In this document: positions 26,775 to 40,685 of the stretch, in pieces
How the letters are laid out: every line of letters starts with the position of its first letter
Position numbering within the stretch: the first letter of the stretch is position 1
DNA from: a bacterium
GTDB lineage: Bacteria; Patescibacteriota; Dojkabacteria; JAKAPS01; JAJZLI01
Direction of reading: 5' to 3'
Assembly: GCA_021846685.1 (NCBI GenBank)
Contig: JAJZWL010000002.1
Span: 9,321-73,320, forward strand
DNA length: 64,000 nt
Notes under the pieces: model-generated
The model's input: only the letters and a program-made list of their open reading frames with translations
Database searches by the model: none
Told to the model about the DNA's origin: nothing
Made by a program: the position numbers and the translations under genes

Positions 26775-27422
26775 TTATTTAATATCATTACTTTTTATAA
26801 AATTATTGTAAGACTTTTTCTCTTTCTCTGCCCAATCTTTATCTTTTAATCTTTCCATAAAAGGATCTATATCCCAATAATAATACTTATCTTTTCCTAT
26901 ATTTTTTAAAAATTCCTTTCTATAGTCAGAAACCTTCATGTATTCTTTAGCAGGAGAACCCATTACTATAGTATTCGGGAGTACATCTTTAGTAACTAAA
27001 GAACCTGCACCTATTACAGATTTACTTCCAATAGTCACTCCTGGCATAATTATACACTTAGCCCCTATATATGCCCCCTCCTTAATAATAACCTTGCCAA
27101 ATCTTACAGGATCAGAATACAAATTATTCATTGAACTATCATGAACTAATATTCTAGTCCCATAAGCTATAGTTACATTATTTTCAATTTTCAAAAATTC
27201 TGGGTAAATTTCTTCAATTTCAACATGATCTAAAAAAACATCTTCTCCTATATCAAATCCTAATCCTCTTAATCTATTGATAGTTCTCTCCATATCCTCA
27301 TTCACACCTATTTCCCAAAGAACCTTATAATAAATTTTTTTTATAAACCTCCAAAATATATTCATATAATATATTATAATACAAGAATATAATAAAAAGT
27401 ATAGATTATATAAGATATTCAT
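26775..27422 (-). CDS. Hexapeptide-repeat (LbH) acetyltransferase, maltose/galactoside O-acetyltransferase-like; true start probably at an internal Met
   Basis: Left-handed beta-helix repeats 'GAYIGAKCIIMPGVTIGSKSVIGAGSLVTKDV...MGSPAKE'. Only 26 bp separate its annotated start from the divergent 27449 start, so the real start is likely MERTINRL or MNIFWRF. Confidence 0.65.
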   Translation of the reverse strand: MNILYNLYFLLYSCIIIYYMNIFWRFIKKIYYKVLWEIGVNEDMERTINRLRGLGFDIGEDVFLDHVEIEEIYPEFLKIENNVTIAYGTRILVHDSSMNNLYSDPVRFGKVIIKEGAYIGAKCIIMPGVTIGSKSVIGAGSLVTKDVLPNTIVMGSPAKEYMKVSDYRKEFLKNIGKDKYYYWDIDPFMERLKDKDWAEKEKKSYNNFIKSNDIK

Positions 27423-27448
27423 GTTATAATTTCGAATAATAACAACAT

Positions 27449-28474
27449 ATGAAAGAAAAAATAAACAATAAAAAAAATACTATACAACTAAGAAGATTAA
27501 TAGCAATTTTGGCAGTAATGCCATTCATAGCAATATATCTAATGATATATCCTACATACAGCAAATCATATAGCAAAGAAATTTCTAAGTCTTATAGTAT
27601 ATTCATTAATTCATATCCACAAAACAATAAAATAGAAAATAGTATCTCTCTTATTTGGGGAGAACCTAGCTATAAAAATATTAATTATGTATTAATGAGA
27701 GATGGACAATATTTTACAAAATTCAATTATGGAACTAATTCCTATGTTGATACAAATCTTATTCCAAATACACAGTATACATATCAAATATACGTAGAGA
27801 ATAACAATAATACTATATTATCTAAAAGTAATATATTAACTCTCTCTACAGAAAATTCTTTATATAATCCTTTAGTAATTGTACCTCATTCACGATATAC
27901 AACATATTCAGCATTCGGAGATAGTATCACTCAAGGATTTGAAGCTCCAATATCATATTATGATAGAATTTCTCAATATTTGAAAAATAAAGAAAATACA
28001 ACTTCTTTCAATGAAGGTATCGGAGGAAATACTACTTACGACCTCTTAGCAAGAATCAACCCTGAGCTGCAAACGGAAAATCCTGATTTAGTAACGATAA
28101 TGATAGGAGCTAATGATATAAGAGAGGGTTCCCAGAATAACCCAACAATTACATCTCTTGATTATAAAAATAATCTTTTGAAAATTATTACAGATACTAA
28201 CCCTTCCCCAAAAAGAACTGTATTAATTTTTGAACTTTCAAATATTACAGATTGGAATTCTCCAGGATTTACAGCAGGGAATGCAGGAAGATTAATTGAA
28301 TTTAATAAAATAATAAAAGGAGTCGCAAATTCCATGGGGATACCTTATATATCTTTATCCGGATTCAAATCGATTCCAAATGATCTTACATCTGAAGGAT
28401 TACATCCAAATGATATCGGGGATAAATATATCTATGAGCAACTTAAATCAAAAATATTGAAATATAATAATTAA
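27449..28474 (+). CDS. Membrane-anchored SGNH/GDSL hydrolase with an N-terminal FN3-like module
   Basis: Signal-anchor TM; GDSL block 'SAFGDSITQG', 'GGNTTYDLL', 'TIMIGANDI', 'GLHPNDIG'. Confidence 0.65.
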   Translation: MKEKINNKKNTIQLRRLIAILAVMPFIAIYLMIYPTYSKSYSKEISKSYSIFINSYPQNNKIENSISLIWGEPSYKNINYVLMRDGQYFTKFNYGTNSYVDTNLIPNTQYTYQIYVENNNNTILSKSNILTLSTENSLYNPLVIVPHSRYTTYSAFGDSITQGFEAPISYYDRISQYLKNKENTTSFNEGIGGNTTYDLLARINPELQTENPDLVTIMIGANDIREGSQNNPTITSLDYKNNLLKIITDTNPSPKRTVLIFELSNITDWNSPGFTAGNAGRLIEFNKIIKGVANSMGIPYISLSGFKSIPNDLTSEGLHPNDIGDKYIYEQLKSKILKYNN

Positions 28475-28528
28475 ACTTGCAAATCAACTTTTGTTAAATG
28501 TATAATAGCAGGGAATTAGAATAAAATT

Positions 28529-29502
<974 letters not shown>

Positions 29503-29511
29503 GATTTAAAT

Positions 29512-30015
29512 ATGAACTTTATAGAACTATTTAGGATAAATATCTCATATATAATTTTCTATACGATAGATTTTTTTATAATACTTCTTGTTCTTCAAAA
29601 ATATTTATTTAAAAAAATAAATACTGTACTAGAAGATAGAGAGAAAAAAATAAAAGAATCTATTGAAAATAGTAAATTTATTGAACAAAAAAAAGATGAG
29701 ATTGAAAAAGAATATAGAGAAAAAATGATTCAAACTCAAAAGGAAAGTGAGCAAATCATCTTAGAAGCAAGAGAGAGTGCAGAAAATATACGGTTGGAAA
29801 TTCTAGAGAGTAGTAAAGAAGAAAGCGCAAGAATAATATCAGAAGCTGAGAAGGAAACAGAAAAATTCCACGATCAAATATATATAACTTTAAAAAAAGA
29901 ATTATTAGATCTTGTAGTTATTGGAGTTTCTAAATCGCTAGAAGATTTTTTGGATGAAAAAGAAAAAGAGAAAATCATTAAAAAAAGCATGGAATTTATA
30001 AAAAATGAAAGATAA
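29512..30015 (+). CDS. atpF: F0F1 ATP synthase subunit b
   Basis: N-terminal TM followed by a long charged coiled coil; position in the operon. Confidence 0.75.
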   Translation: MNFIELFRINISYIIFYTIDFFIILLVLQKYLFKKINTVLEDREKKIKESIENSKFIEQKKDEIEKEYREKMIQTQKESEQIILEARESAENIRLEILESSKEESARIISEAEKETEKFHDQIYITLKKELLDLVVIGVSKSLEDFLDEKEKEKIIKKSMEFIKNER

Positions 30016-30358
30016 AAAAATTATAAATATAATATTATCTCATATTGAAAACAAAGGAAATATTGATTTAGAGGTATTAATTAAAATTATTAATAGTAAA
30101 TCAATATCATATTCACAAATGAATTTATTGTATAAAAATATAATAAATAAAATAAAAAAAGATGAATTAATTATAGAATATTCATCAGAATCTATAGATA
30201 AAAAGTCTATATTAAAGGAATTTAATAATCCTACTGTATACAACTTTATAAAAAATACATCTCTTATAGGTGGTTTAAAAATAAAGAAGGATTGGAGTAT
30301 AATAGATACTTCAATAAAAGAAAAATTAAACAAAATAAATACTATTAATTTAAAATAA
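30005..30358 (+). CDS. atpH: F0F1 ATP synthase subunit delta (OSCP), unusually short (117 aa)
   Basis: C-terminal 'SLIGGLKIKKDWSIIDTSIKEKLNKI' matches the OSCP C-terminus; operon position between atpF and atpA. Confidence 0.55.
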   Translation: MKDKKIINIILSHIENKGNIDLEVLIKIINSKSISYSQMNLLYKNIINKIKKDELIIEYSSESIDKKSILKEFNNPTVYNFIKNTSLIGGLKIKKDWSIIDTSIKEKLNKINTINLK

Positions 30359-30362
30359 AAAT

Positions 30363-31866
30363 ATGGATAGTGCTGATATATTAAAACAAATAAAACAAGA
30401 AATTGAGAAAGTAGATACAAGATTTTCTCAAAAAGATATAGGAGAAATTCAATCAGTATATGATGGGATTGCTATTGTAATTGGACTTATGAATGTTGCA
30501 AATGGAGAAAAAGTTCTTATAGAAACACAAAGTGGGGATAATGTAATAGCTATGGCAATGGATTTAAAAGAAGATGAGACTTCTATTATAATATTAGGAG
30601 ATTTTGATAAAGTAAAAGAAGGAGATATCGTACATACCACAGGAGAAATTTTTTCTACTAAAATAGGAAAAGCACTTCTAGGTAGAGTAGTAAATGGAAT
30701 AGGGGACCCAATTGATGAAGAAGGCCCAATTAACTCTAATGAACAATCAGAAATAGAAAAGGTAGCTCCTGGAGTAATAACCAGAAAAGGAGTAAAAACT
30801 CCTTTACAAACAGGAATTAAAGCAATAGATATACTTATACCTATAGGAAGAGGACAAAGAGAATTGATTATTGGAGATCGATCTACAGGAAAAACAACTA
30901 TTGCTATTGATACAATTATTAATCAAAAAGGAAAGAATGTTTTTTGTATATATTGTGCAATAGGACAAAAAAATTCAAAAGTATCTCAAATTGCAGCTAA
31001 ATTAAAAGAGAAAGGTGCTATGGATTATACAGTAATAGTAAATGCCTCTGCATCATCTCCTGTAACTGAACAATATTTAGCCCCATATACTGCAGCTACA
31101 ATAGGTGAATACTTCAGAGATAATGGAATGGATGCTTTAGTAATCTATGATGATTTAACAAAACATGCATGGGCATACAGACAATTATCCCTAACATTAA
31201 AAAGACCTAGTGGACGAGAGGCTTATCCAGGAGATGTATTTTATCTACATTCAAGATTATTAGAAAGAGCTGCAAAATTAAGTGATGAACTCGGAGGAGG
31301 TTCTCTATCTGCACTTCCTATAATTGAAACTCAAACAGGAGATATATCAGCATACATACCTACTAATCTAATATCTATCACAGATGGACAAATCTTTTTA
31401 GAATCTGATCTATTCTACTCAGGTATAAGACCAGCTATTAATGTTGGGGCTTCTGTATCTAGAGTAGGTAGTAATGCTCAAGAAAAATCAATGAAAAAGG
31501 TTGCAGGTTCATTAAAACTGGAAATCGCCCAATTTAGAAATCTTGCAGCTTTCTCACAATTTGGATCTGACTTAGATGAGAGTACTCAAAAAATACTATC
31601 AAAAGGAGAACGTTTAACAAGAATTCTTACTCAAAAACCATATTCACCTCTACCATTAGAACTTCAAATAATTTCTGTATTTGCTGTAACAGGGGATTAT
31701 ACACAAAATATAGAAATTGCAAAAATATCTGACTTTGAAGAAAAATTACATACATATTTTACTACAATGCATAAAGATATTTTGAAGGAAATAAGAGAGA
31801 AAAAAGATTTAACAGATGATATGCTAGAAAAACTTAAGAAAATAATTTCAGAATTTTCAAAAAATT

Positions 31867-31874
<8 letters not shown>
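30363..31874 (+). CDS. atpA: F0F1 ATP synthase subunit alpha
   Basis: Walker A 'GDRSTGKTTIAI', 503 aa. Confidence 0.95.
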
Positions 31875-34117
<2,243 letters not shown>

Positions 34118-34120
34118 AAT

Positions 34121-34537
34121 ATGGAATTAAGAATATATTCTCCTCAAAAGGAAATATTTACAGGGAAAATAAAGGAAATATATGTACCTACACTAGAAGG
34201 TGATTATGGTATATATGAAGGACATTCTCCTATTTTTTTGGCACTATCATTAGGTGAGATTAATTTTACAGATGACAATAATAAAAAAACTGTATTAGCT
34301 ATATCCGATGGATTATTAAGAATTGACAATAATATAATTTTTATTGAGGTAATATCTGGAATATACCCACATGAAATAGATATAGATAAAATAATTAAAG
34401 AAAAAGAAGCTTTAGAATTAAAATTAAAACAGGTTAAAGAAACTAGTAAAATAAAAAGAATGCAATCTACGTTAAAAATACACTCTCTCCATATCTCAAC
34501 ATATAATAAATATATAAAAAAACAACATCATATATAA
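34121..34537 (+). CDS. atpC: F0F1 ATP synthase subunit epsilon
   Basis: 138 aa; operon position; beta-sandwich plus helical C-terminus pattern. Confidence 0.7.
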   Translation: MELRIYSPQKEIFTGKIKEIYVPTLEGDYGIYEGHSPIFLALSLGEINFTDDNNKKTVLAISDGLLRIDNNIIFIEVISGIYPHEIDIDKIIKEKEALELKLKQVKETSKIKRMQSTLKIHSLHISTYNKYIKKQHHI

Positions 34538-34638
34538 ATATATTTAAATTTGAGTCTAATTTCATAGTGTATAACGTTCTAATTTGCAATATATATTATT
34601 ATTAGTATATAATAACTACTTGTGAAATATTAAATATT

Positions 34639-34953
34639 ATGGAAGATCTAGCAGTTATACAAACAGGAGGAAAGCAGTACGTCGTAAGCCCAGATGATGT
34701 TATTGATATAGAAATAATTCAAGGACTAAAACAGTCTGATAAAATTGAATTTGACGAAGTATTACTTATAAAAAAAGGTGATAAAGTTGAGATAGGTAAG
34801 CCATTTTTAAAAAATAAAAAAGTTTCAGGAACTATAATTGATCAAATTAAAGGAGATAAGATAAATATCTTAAAATTTAAAGCTAAATCAAGATATAGAA
34901 GAAGACTTGGACATAGACAAAATTATCTAAAAGTTAAAATAGAAAAACTTTAA
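34639..34953 (+). CDS. rplU: 50S ribosomal protein L21
   Basis: 'AVIQTGGKQYVVSPDDVIDIE'. Confidence 0.9.
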   Translation: MEDLAVIQTGGKQYVVSPDDVIDIEIIQGLKQSDKIEFDEVLLIKKGDKVEIGKPFLKNKKVSGTIIDQIKGDKINILKFKAKSRYRRRLGHRQNYLKVKIEKL

Positions 34954-35948
34954 TGCGATTAATTTTTAAACTAGGAAAAAACCCCTTACTTTCAATAGCC
35001 GAAATTTACTCTTTAATGCAGAGTAAAGATATCAAATTTGAAGTAATAAAAGCTAATAATTCAATATTTTTCATTAATCTACAATCTCCAATATATGCAG
35101 ATATATTAATAAAAATTTTAGGAGGTGTTCTGGAAATTTTCAGAGTAGAAGATATTATAGACTTTAAAGAAGCTAAAAAAGTAAAACCGAAATATAAAGT
35201 TAATATTGATAATGAGACTTTTGCATATGGAGATATAATAGCGAAACAAGATATAAAAGATTTTGAAAAAAAAGAGATTCAAAAACCTTATGTAGAAGGC
35301 AAAAATGGAATGGTTCCATCTAAACTGGCTAAAATCATGGTGAACCTTGCAGTTGGCACAAATACAACAACAATATATGACCCCTATTGTGGTACAGGAT
35401 CTATTCTAATAGAAGCATTATTGCAGGGATATAATGTTATTGGAACTGATATTAATCCAGAAGTAATAGAAGGTTGTAAAAAAAATTTAAATTGGGTTTC
35501 TAAAGAATATGGAGTAGAGAATAAAAGTGAATTATTTGTAAATAATGCAGCATCCCTAGCAGAACAATTAGTTAGAGAAAAAGAAACTATTGCTATATCG
35601 ACAGAACCTTATTTAGGAAGTGCTTGGTCAAAACCTGTACAAAAAAATGTAAGAAATACTAAAACAATAGCACATGTAGACAAGTTAATTATAAGCAGTA
35701 TAAGAAGTTTATCAAAAATTTTGAAAAATAAAGAAAGATTAGTTATAATGATACCTAGTTTTAAGACAAAACATGATATAATATATCTTAAAGCTAGAGA
35801 TATGGAATTTGGAAGTCTAAAAAAGATATCCATAATTCCAGAAGATCTTATATTCAATGACAAAAAAGTAGGCGATATCAAGAGCTTTCTTTATTATAGA
35901 GAAAAAGCTATAGTAAGAAGGGAAATTTTTATTTTTGAAAAAATTTAA
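34953..35948 (+). CDS. Class I SAM-dependent RNA methyltransferase of the UPF0020/Trm11-like type (putative tRNA guanine-N2 methyltransferase)
   Basis: N-terminal 'MRLIFKLGKNPLLSIAEIYSLMQSKDIKFEVI' resembles the Trm11 N-terminal ferredoxin-like/THUMP region; motif I 'DPYCGTGSILIEA'; motif IV-like 'STEPYLG' (DPPY variant). Sits between rplU and rpmA with a TAATG overlap. Confidence 0.5.
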   Translation: MRLIFKLGKNPLLSIAEIYSLMQSKDIKFEVIKANNSIFFINLQSPIYADILIKILGGVLEIFRVEDIIDFKEAKKVKPKYKVNIDNETFAYGDIIAKQDIKDFEKKEIQKPYVEGKNGMVPSKLAKIMVNLAVGTNTTTIYDPYCGTGSILIEALLQGYNVIGTDINPEVIEGCKKNLNWVSKEYGVENKSELFVNNAASLAEQLVREKETIAISTEPYLGSAWSKPVQKNVRNTKTIAHVDKLIISSIRSLSKILKNKERLVIMIPSFKTKHDIIYLKARDMEFGSLKKISIIPEDLIFNDKKVGDIKSFLYYREKAIVRREIFIFEKI

Positions 35949-35953
35949 ATATT

Positions 35954-36238
35954 ATGGCACACGTCAAATCAGGAGGAGGAAAAGCTAATCAAGGAGGAAA
36001 TGTTGCAGGGAAAAGAAGAGGTGTAAAAAGATTTGCAAACGAACAAGTTAAATCAGGAGAAATTATAGTAAGACAAAAAGGAACCCAATTTTATCCAGGA
36101 TTAAATACTGATATGGGAAGAGATTTTACTATATTTTCTAAAATAGAAGGTTTTGTTAAATTCAGAAGAATGACAAAACAAAAAAGAGATAAATTTGCTA
36201 TAGATATAATACCTAATGAACACAATAATACTAAATAA
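35954..36238 (+). CDS. rpmA: 50S ribosomal protein L27 (no N-terminal propeptide)
   Basis: '[27 protein letters not shown]...[13 protein letters not shown]'. Confidence 0.9.
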   Translation: MAHVKSGGGKANQGGNVAGKRRGVKRFANEQVKSGEIIVRQKGTQFYPGLNTDMGRDFTIFSKIEGFVKFRRMTKQKRDKFAIDIIPNEHNNTK

Positions 36239-36599
36239 AATAGAAGACAAATATATAATCGATGAAAGAAAAGAAGTACAAGTAGGGGATACTATTAAAG
36301 TACATTCTAAAATTATAGAAGGAGAAAAAGAAAGAATTCAAATATTTCAAGGAATAGTGTTAGCTAGAAAACATAGTGGCACACATGAGAATATTGTAGT
36401 TCGAAAGATATCTAAAGATATAGGGGTAGAAAGAATATTCCCTTTACATTCACCTAATATAGCTAAAATTGAAATTGTTAAAAAAGGTCAAGTAAGAAGA
36501 GCTAAATTAAATTATATGAGAAAAAGAATAGGTAAAAAAGCATTACTTATTAAAGAAAAGAATGTTACTGTCGCCCCAAGAAAAAAATCTACTAAATAA
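36216..36599 (+). CDS. rplS: 50S ribosomal protein L19
   Basis: '[29 protein letters not shown]'. Confidence 0.9.
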   Translation: MNTIILNKIEDKYIIDERKEVQVGDTIKVHSKIIEGEKERIQIFQGIVLARKHSGTHENIVVRKISKDIGVERIFPLHSPNIAKIEIVKKGQVRRAKLNYMRKRIGKKALLIKEKNVTVAPRKKSTK

Positions 36600-37158
36600 A
36601 AATTTCTCTGTCTCTGGAATAGATGAAGTAGGAAGAGGTCCTCTTGCAGGACCTCTCTTCGTAGGTATATTCAAAATTGATAAAAATACCCCAATTATAA
36701 GTGAAGTTAATGACTCTAAAAAAGTATCTGAAAAAAAAAGAAACTATTTATATAAAATATTAACTGAAAATAAAAATAATTATGCGACTGAAAGTATAAG
36801 TGCTTTAGAAATAGATCAAATAGGTATAGTACCTGCTATAAAACTTGCAATGGAGAGAGCCTCAAGTAAAATTGACTCAAATATCACATATATAGATGGA
36901 TTATTTAAAGATGAATTTAATATCCCTAATTATCACACAGTAATTAAAGGCGATTCACTAATTTATTCTATTGCAGCTGCATCTATAATAGCAAAAGTAC
37001 AAAGAGATGAATTAATGAGTAAAATGGCACTAATATATCCGGAATATGGATTTGAAAAAAATAAAGGTTATGGAACAAAATTTCATATTGATGCATTAAA
37101 AAAATATGGCCCATGCAAAATCCATAGACAATCTTTTATAAAAAATTTACTTAGATAA
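36562..37158 (+). CDS. rnhB: Ribonuclease HII (exact start uncertain; overlaps the rplS 3' end)
   Basis: '[17 protein letters not shown]' and 'DSKK' motifs. Confidence 0.85.
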   Translation: MLLSPQEKNLLNKNFSVSGIDEVGRGPLAGPLFVGIFKIDKNTPIISEVNDSKKVSEKKRNYLYKILTENKNNYATESISALEIDQIGIVPAIKLAMERASSKIDSNITYIDGLFKDEFNIPNYHTVIKGDSLIYSIAAASIIAKVQRDELMSKMALIYPEYGFEKNKGYGTKFHIDALKKYGPCKIHRQSFIKNLLR

Positions 37159-37167
37159 TCTATTTTG

Positions 37168-40100
37168 TTAAAAAATACTTATACCGCCTTCTCCTATTAT
37201 AGAAGACATATTACTGAAAAAATCATTACTGAACTGAATTTTATTTTTTAAATTCATAATTTTTTCCTCTTCATCTTTAAATACTCTTAAAGATACAATA
37301 GTATCTCCTCCTAAATATTTATTAATAATATTATTAATCTCTAATAATTTATCCTTAGTAATATCTTTTGATAAATTTAACTCTACTTTACTGATTTTTC
37401 TTTTATTATATGCTCTTACATCCTTTATCGTTAAATTTTCAATATCATTGACAATTAATTTATAATATATACTATCATCATCCTCATTAGATTGAACTGT
37501 ATCTAAAATACCATCCACGATGACTATACTTCCATTTTCATGTATTTTGGGCCTTATTTGCTCATATACATCTGGAAAAACTATAATATCACAAGTAGAT
37601 GTTATGTCCTCTAATCTTGCAAATAACATTCTTTTCCCAGTTTTTTTCGTAGTATAGTGATTAATATTCTGTAATATTCCTCCTACCTTTATTTTATTTC
37701 CTTTTTTATATAAATAAAAATCAGAAATACTTATTATCTTTCTTTTCTGAAAATATGATAAAAATCTCTTTAGTGGGTGAGTTGTAATATATATCCCTAA
37801 TAATTCTTTTTCCCAAAGAGCTTTCTGAATATCAGAGACTTCTTTAACATCTCTTAATTGAGTATGAGAAATATCTTCAACAGAATCAAACAAACCTATT
37901 TGATCAATACTGTCCATTCTTTTAACATAATCAGCTAATATATTTTGATAAGAATCTAAGAGTGCTGCTCGAGAACCAAAACAATCTAAAGCTCCAGATT
38001 TTATAAGTATTTCAAATGTTTTTTTATTAAAATGTTTAAGATCTATATTTGATAATAAGTCATCTATAGATTCATATTTCCTACCTAAAATATTTCTCTG
38101 TTCTATAATAGATCTTGTACTTAAAGAAGATAATCCTTTAATACTATTTAAACCAAATCTTATATTCCCATCTTCAATTTTAAAATCTAAATCTGAATTA
38201 TTAATATCAACTGAAAGTATCTTTATCTTATGTCTTTCTGCCTCTGATGCAATCTCTGAAATCTTTTCTAAATCTCCTAAATGAGACTGGAGTAAGGCAG
38301 CTAGAAACTCTACGGGATAATTTACTTTCAAATATGCAGTTCTATAAGAAATAATAGAATATGAAGCTGCATGAGCCTCATTAAATGCGTAATTACCAAA
38401 AGGAATAAATAATTCAAATAGCTCTTTTGCTACTTTCTCTTTCATTCCATGCTCCACAAATCTACTGATAAGTTCATCTTTTAACTCTATTAAAATATCG
38501 GGTTTTTTCTTTCCAGTCGCCTTTCTCAATTTATCAACCTCTCCCCAGTCAAAACCTGCCAAATTAATAGCAGTTCTTAGTAAATCTTCTTGATATACCA
38601 TAACTCCATAACTTCTACTCATATATGATTCCATCCTGGGATCCAAATATTTAATTTTCTCTTTTCCATCTTTTCTTGCTGCATATGTAGGAATATTGGC
38701 CATAGGACCAGGCCTATTCAATGCAATTAAAGCTGCTATATCAAAAACAGTTTCAGGTCTTAACACTTTAATAGCATCTTTCATAATTCTACTTTCTAAT
38801 TGAAATACTCCTAATGTCTCTCCAGAATGTAACAATTTATAAGTTTTTTTATCATCATATGGAATTTTTTCAAAATTAATTTCTTCATTGTTATTTTGTT
38901 TAATCAATCTTTGAGTCTCTGAAATAATATCTAAGTTATTTAATCCTAAGAAATCCATTTTCATATAACCTAATTCCTCTAAAGTCACCATATTATATTG
39001 AGAAACTAGTCTATTAGTTTTTTTATCAAATAAAACCGGAACCTGAGTTAATAATGAATCAGGAGTTATTAACACCCCACAAGCATGTATTGATGCATGT
39101 CGAGCTATATTTTCCATCCTACTTGCAATATCCAACATTTTCTCTATTAAAGGGTCATCCTTTATATATTCTTTTAATTCAGGAATCTTTGCTATTGCTT
39201 CTTTTATAGAAAACCTACCTTGAGGAATTAATTTTGCAATCTTATCAACTGTAGGAAGAGGAACCTGTAATACTCTACCAACATCTCTAATTGCAGCTCT
39301 AGCTTTCATTCTCCCAAAAGTTACTATTTGAGAAACTTTATCTTCTCCATATTTTTTAATTGCATAGTCTAAAATATCCTCTCTTCTTGCACTAGCAATA
39401 TCTAAATCTATATCAGGAGCCTTTGGTCTTAATGGATTTAAAAATCTTTCAAAAGATAAACCAAAGATTAAAGGATTAATAGGAACTATTCCTATTAAAT
39501 ATGCTACAAAACTCCCTGCGGCAGAACCTCTTGTAGTTGTCGGAATATTATTATCATGTAAAAAATCTGTAAAATCTGAAACTAAAAGCATATAACTAGA
39601 AAACCCTTTAGAGGAAATTATATCTAATTCATATTTAATTCTTTCTACTTCTTCTTTATTAAAATCTCTCCCTAATCTTTCTTTACCTCTTTTGTATGTA
39701 ATATCTTTAAGATATAAATTATAATTCCCATTAAAATCTAAAGGTATATCCACATGGGGGAATATAAATGAGTCAAATTCAATATTAAGATTACACATAT
39801 CAGAAATTTTTTGGGTATTCTTAATTACCTCTGGATGATCTTTCCAAAGATCAATCATTTCTTTCTCACTTTTAATATAAAATTCCTCTGAATCGAATTT
39901 CATACGATTTGGATCATCCAAGCTTTTTCCAGTATCAATACATAACAATACTTCATGAGCTAATGCATCCTCCTTATTTATATAATGAGAATCTACTGTA
40001 GCCACGGTATCTAATCCATAATTTGAAGCTATTTCAAAAAGACTATCTTCTATATCCTTTTCTTCATTAACTCCATTTCTTTGCATTTCTATGAAAAAAT

Positions 40101-40599
40101 TCTCTTTTCCAAATATATCTATAAATTTCTCAGTATAACTGTTAGCCAACTCTTTATCACCATTCACTAATGCAGAAGATATATCTGAAGATAAACACCC
40201 AGACAAGGCTATTAATCCTTCTGAATTTTCTTTTAAAAATTCTAAATCTGTTCTAGGCTTATAATAGAAACCATTTATAGATGCATCTGATACAATCTTG
40301 ATCAAATTCTTGTATCCTATATCATTTTTACAGAGTAAAACTAAATGAGAATAATTAGAAGAAGTTTTTTCTAGTCTAGATTTAGGTGCTATATATATTT
40401 CACAGCCTATAATAGCCTTTATGCCGTGTTTTTTACATTCTTCATAAAATTCATGAGCTCCATATAAAACTCCATGATCAGTGATAGCACAAGAATCCAT
40501 ACCTAGCTCTGAAATCTTCTTTACAAGGGGTTTTATACCACTCATCCCATCTAATAGGGAATACTCAGTATGCAAATGTAAATGAGTAAATTTAGCCAT
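37168..40599 (-). CDS. dnaE: DNA polymerase III alpha subunit
   Basis: N-terminal PHP domain 'FTHLHLHTEYSLLDG', 1143 aa; polymerase core motifs. Confidence 0.95.
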   Translation of the reverse strand: MAKFTHLHLHTEYSLLDGMSGIKPLVKKISELGMDSCAITDHGVLYGAHEFYEECKKHGIKAIIGCEIYIAPKSRLEKTSSNYSHLVLLCKNDIGYKNLIKIVSDASINGFYYKPRTDLEFLKENSEGLIALSGCLSSDISSALVNGDKELANSYTEKFIDIFGKENFFIEMQRNGVNEEKDIEDSLFEIASNYGLDTVATVDSHYINKEDALAHEVLLCIDTGKSLDDPNRMKFDSEEFYIKSEKEMIDLWKDHPEVIKNTQKISDMCNLNIEFDSFIFPHVDIPLDFNGNYNLYLKDITYKRGKERLGRDFNKEEVERIKYELDIISSKGFSSYMLLVSDFTDFLHDNNIPTTTRGSAAGSFVAYLIGIVPINPLIFGLSFERFLNPLRPKAPDIDLDIASARREDILDYAIKKYGEDKVSQIVTFGRMKARAAIRDVGRVLQVPLPTVDKIAKLIPQGRFSIKEAIAKIPELKEYIKDDPLIEKMLDIASRMENIARHASIHACGVLITPDSLLTQVPVLFDKKTNRLVSQYNMVTLEELGYMKMDFLGLNNLDIISETQRLIKQNNNEEINFEKIPYDDKKTYKLLHSGETLGVFQLESRIMKDAIKVLRPETVFDIAALIALNRPGPMANIPTYAARKDGKEKIKYLDPRMESYMSRSYGVMVYQEDLLRTAINLAGFDWGEVDKLRKATGKKKPDILIELKDELISRFVEHGMKEKVAKELFELFIPFGNYAFNEAHAASYSIISYRTAYLKVNYPVEFLAALLQSHLGDLEKISEIASEAERHKIKILSVDINNSDLDFKIEDGNIRFGLNSIKGLSSLSTRSIIEQRNILGRKYESIDDLLSNIDLKHFNKKTFEILIKSGALDCFGSRAALLDSYQNILADYVKRMDSIDQIGLFDSVEDISHTQLRDVKEVSDIQKALWEKELLGIYITTHPLKRFLSYFQKRKIISISDFYLYKKGNKIKVGGILQNINHYTTKKTGKRMLFARLEDITSTCDIIVFPDVYEQIRPKIHENGSIVIVDGILDTVQSNEDDDSIYYKLIVNDIENLTIKDVRAYNKRKISKVELNLSKDITKDKLLEINNIINKYLGGDTIVSLRVFKDEEEKIMNLKNKIQFSNDFFSNMSSIIGEGGISIF

Positions 40600-40685
40600 T
40601 TTTTATAAGAAATATATCTAAAGAGAGTATGTGTTGGGCGTCATACATTATCATAAATTCAATATATCAAATAAAAAAAATATTA

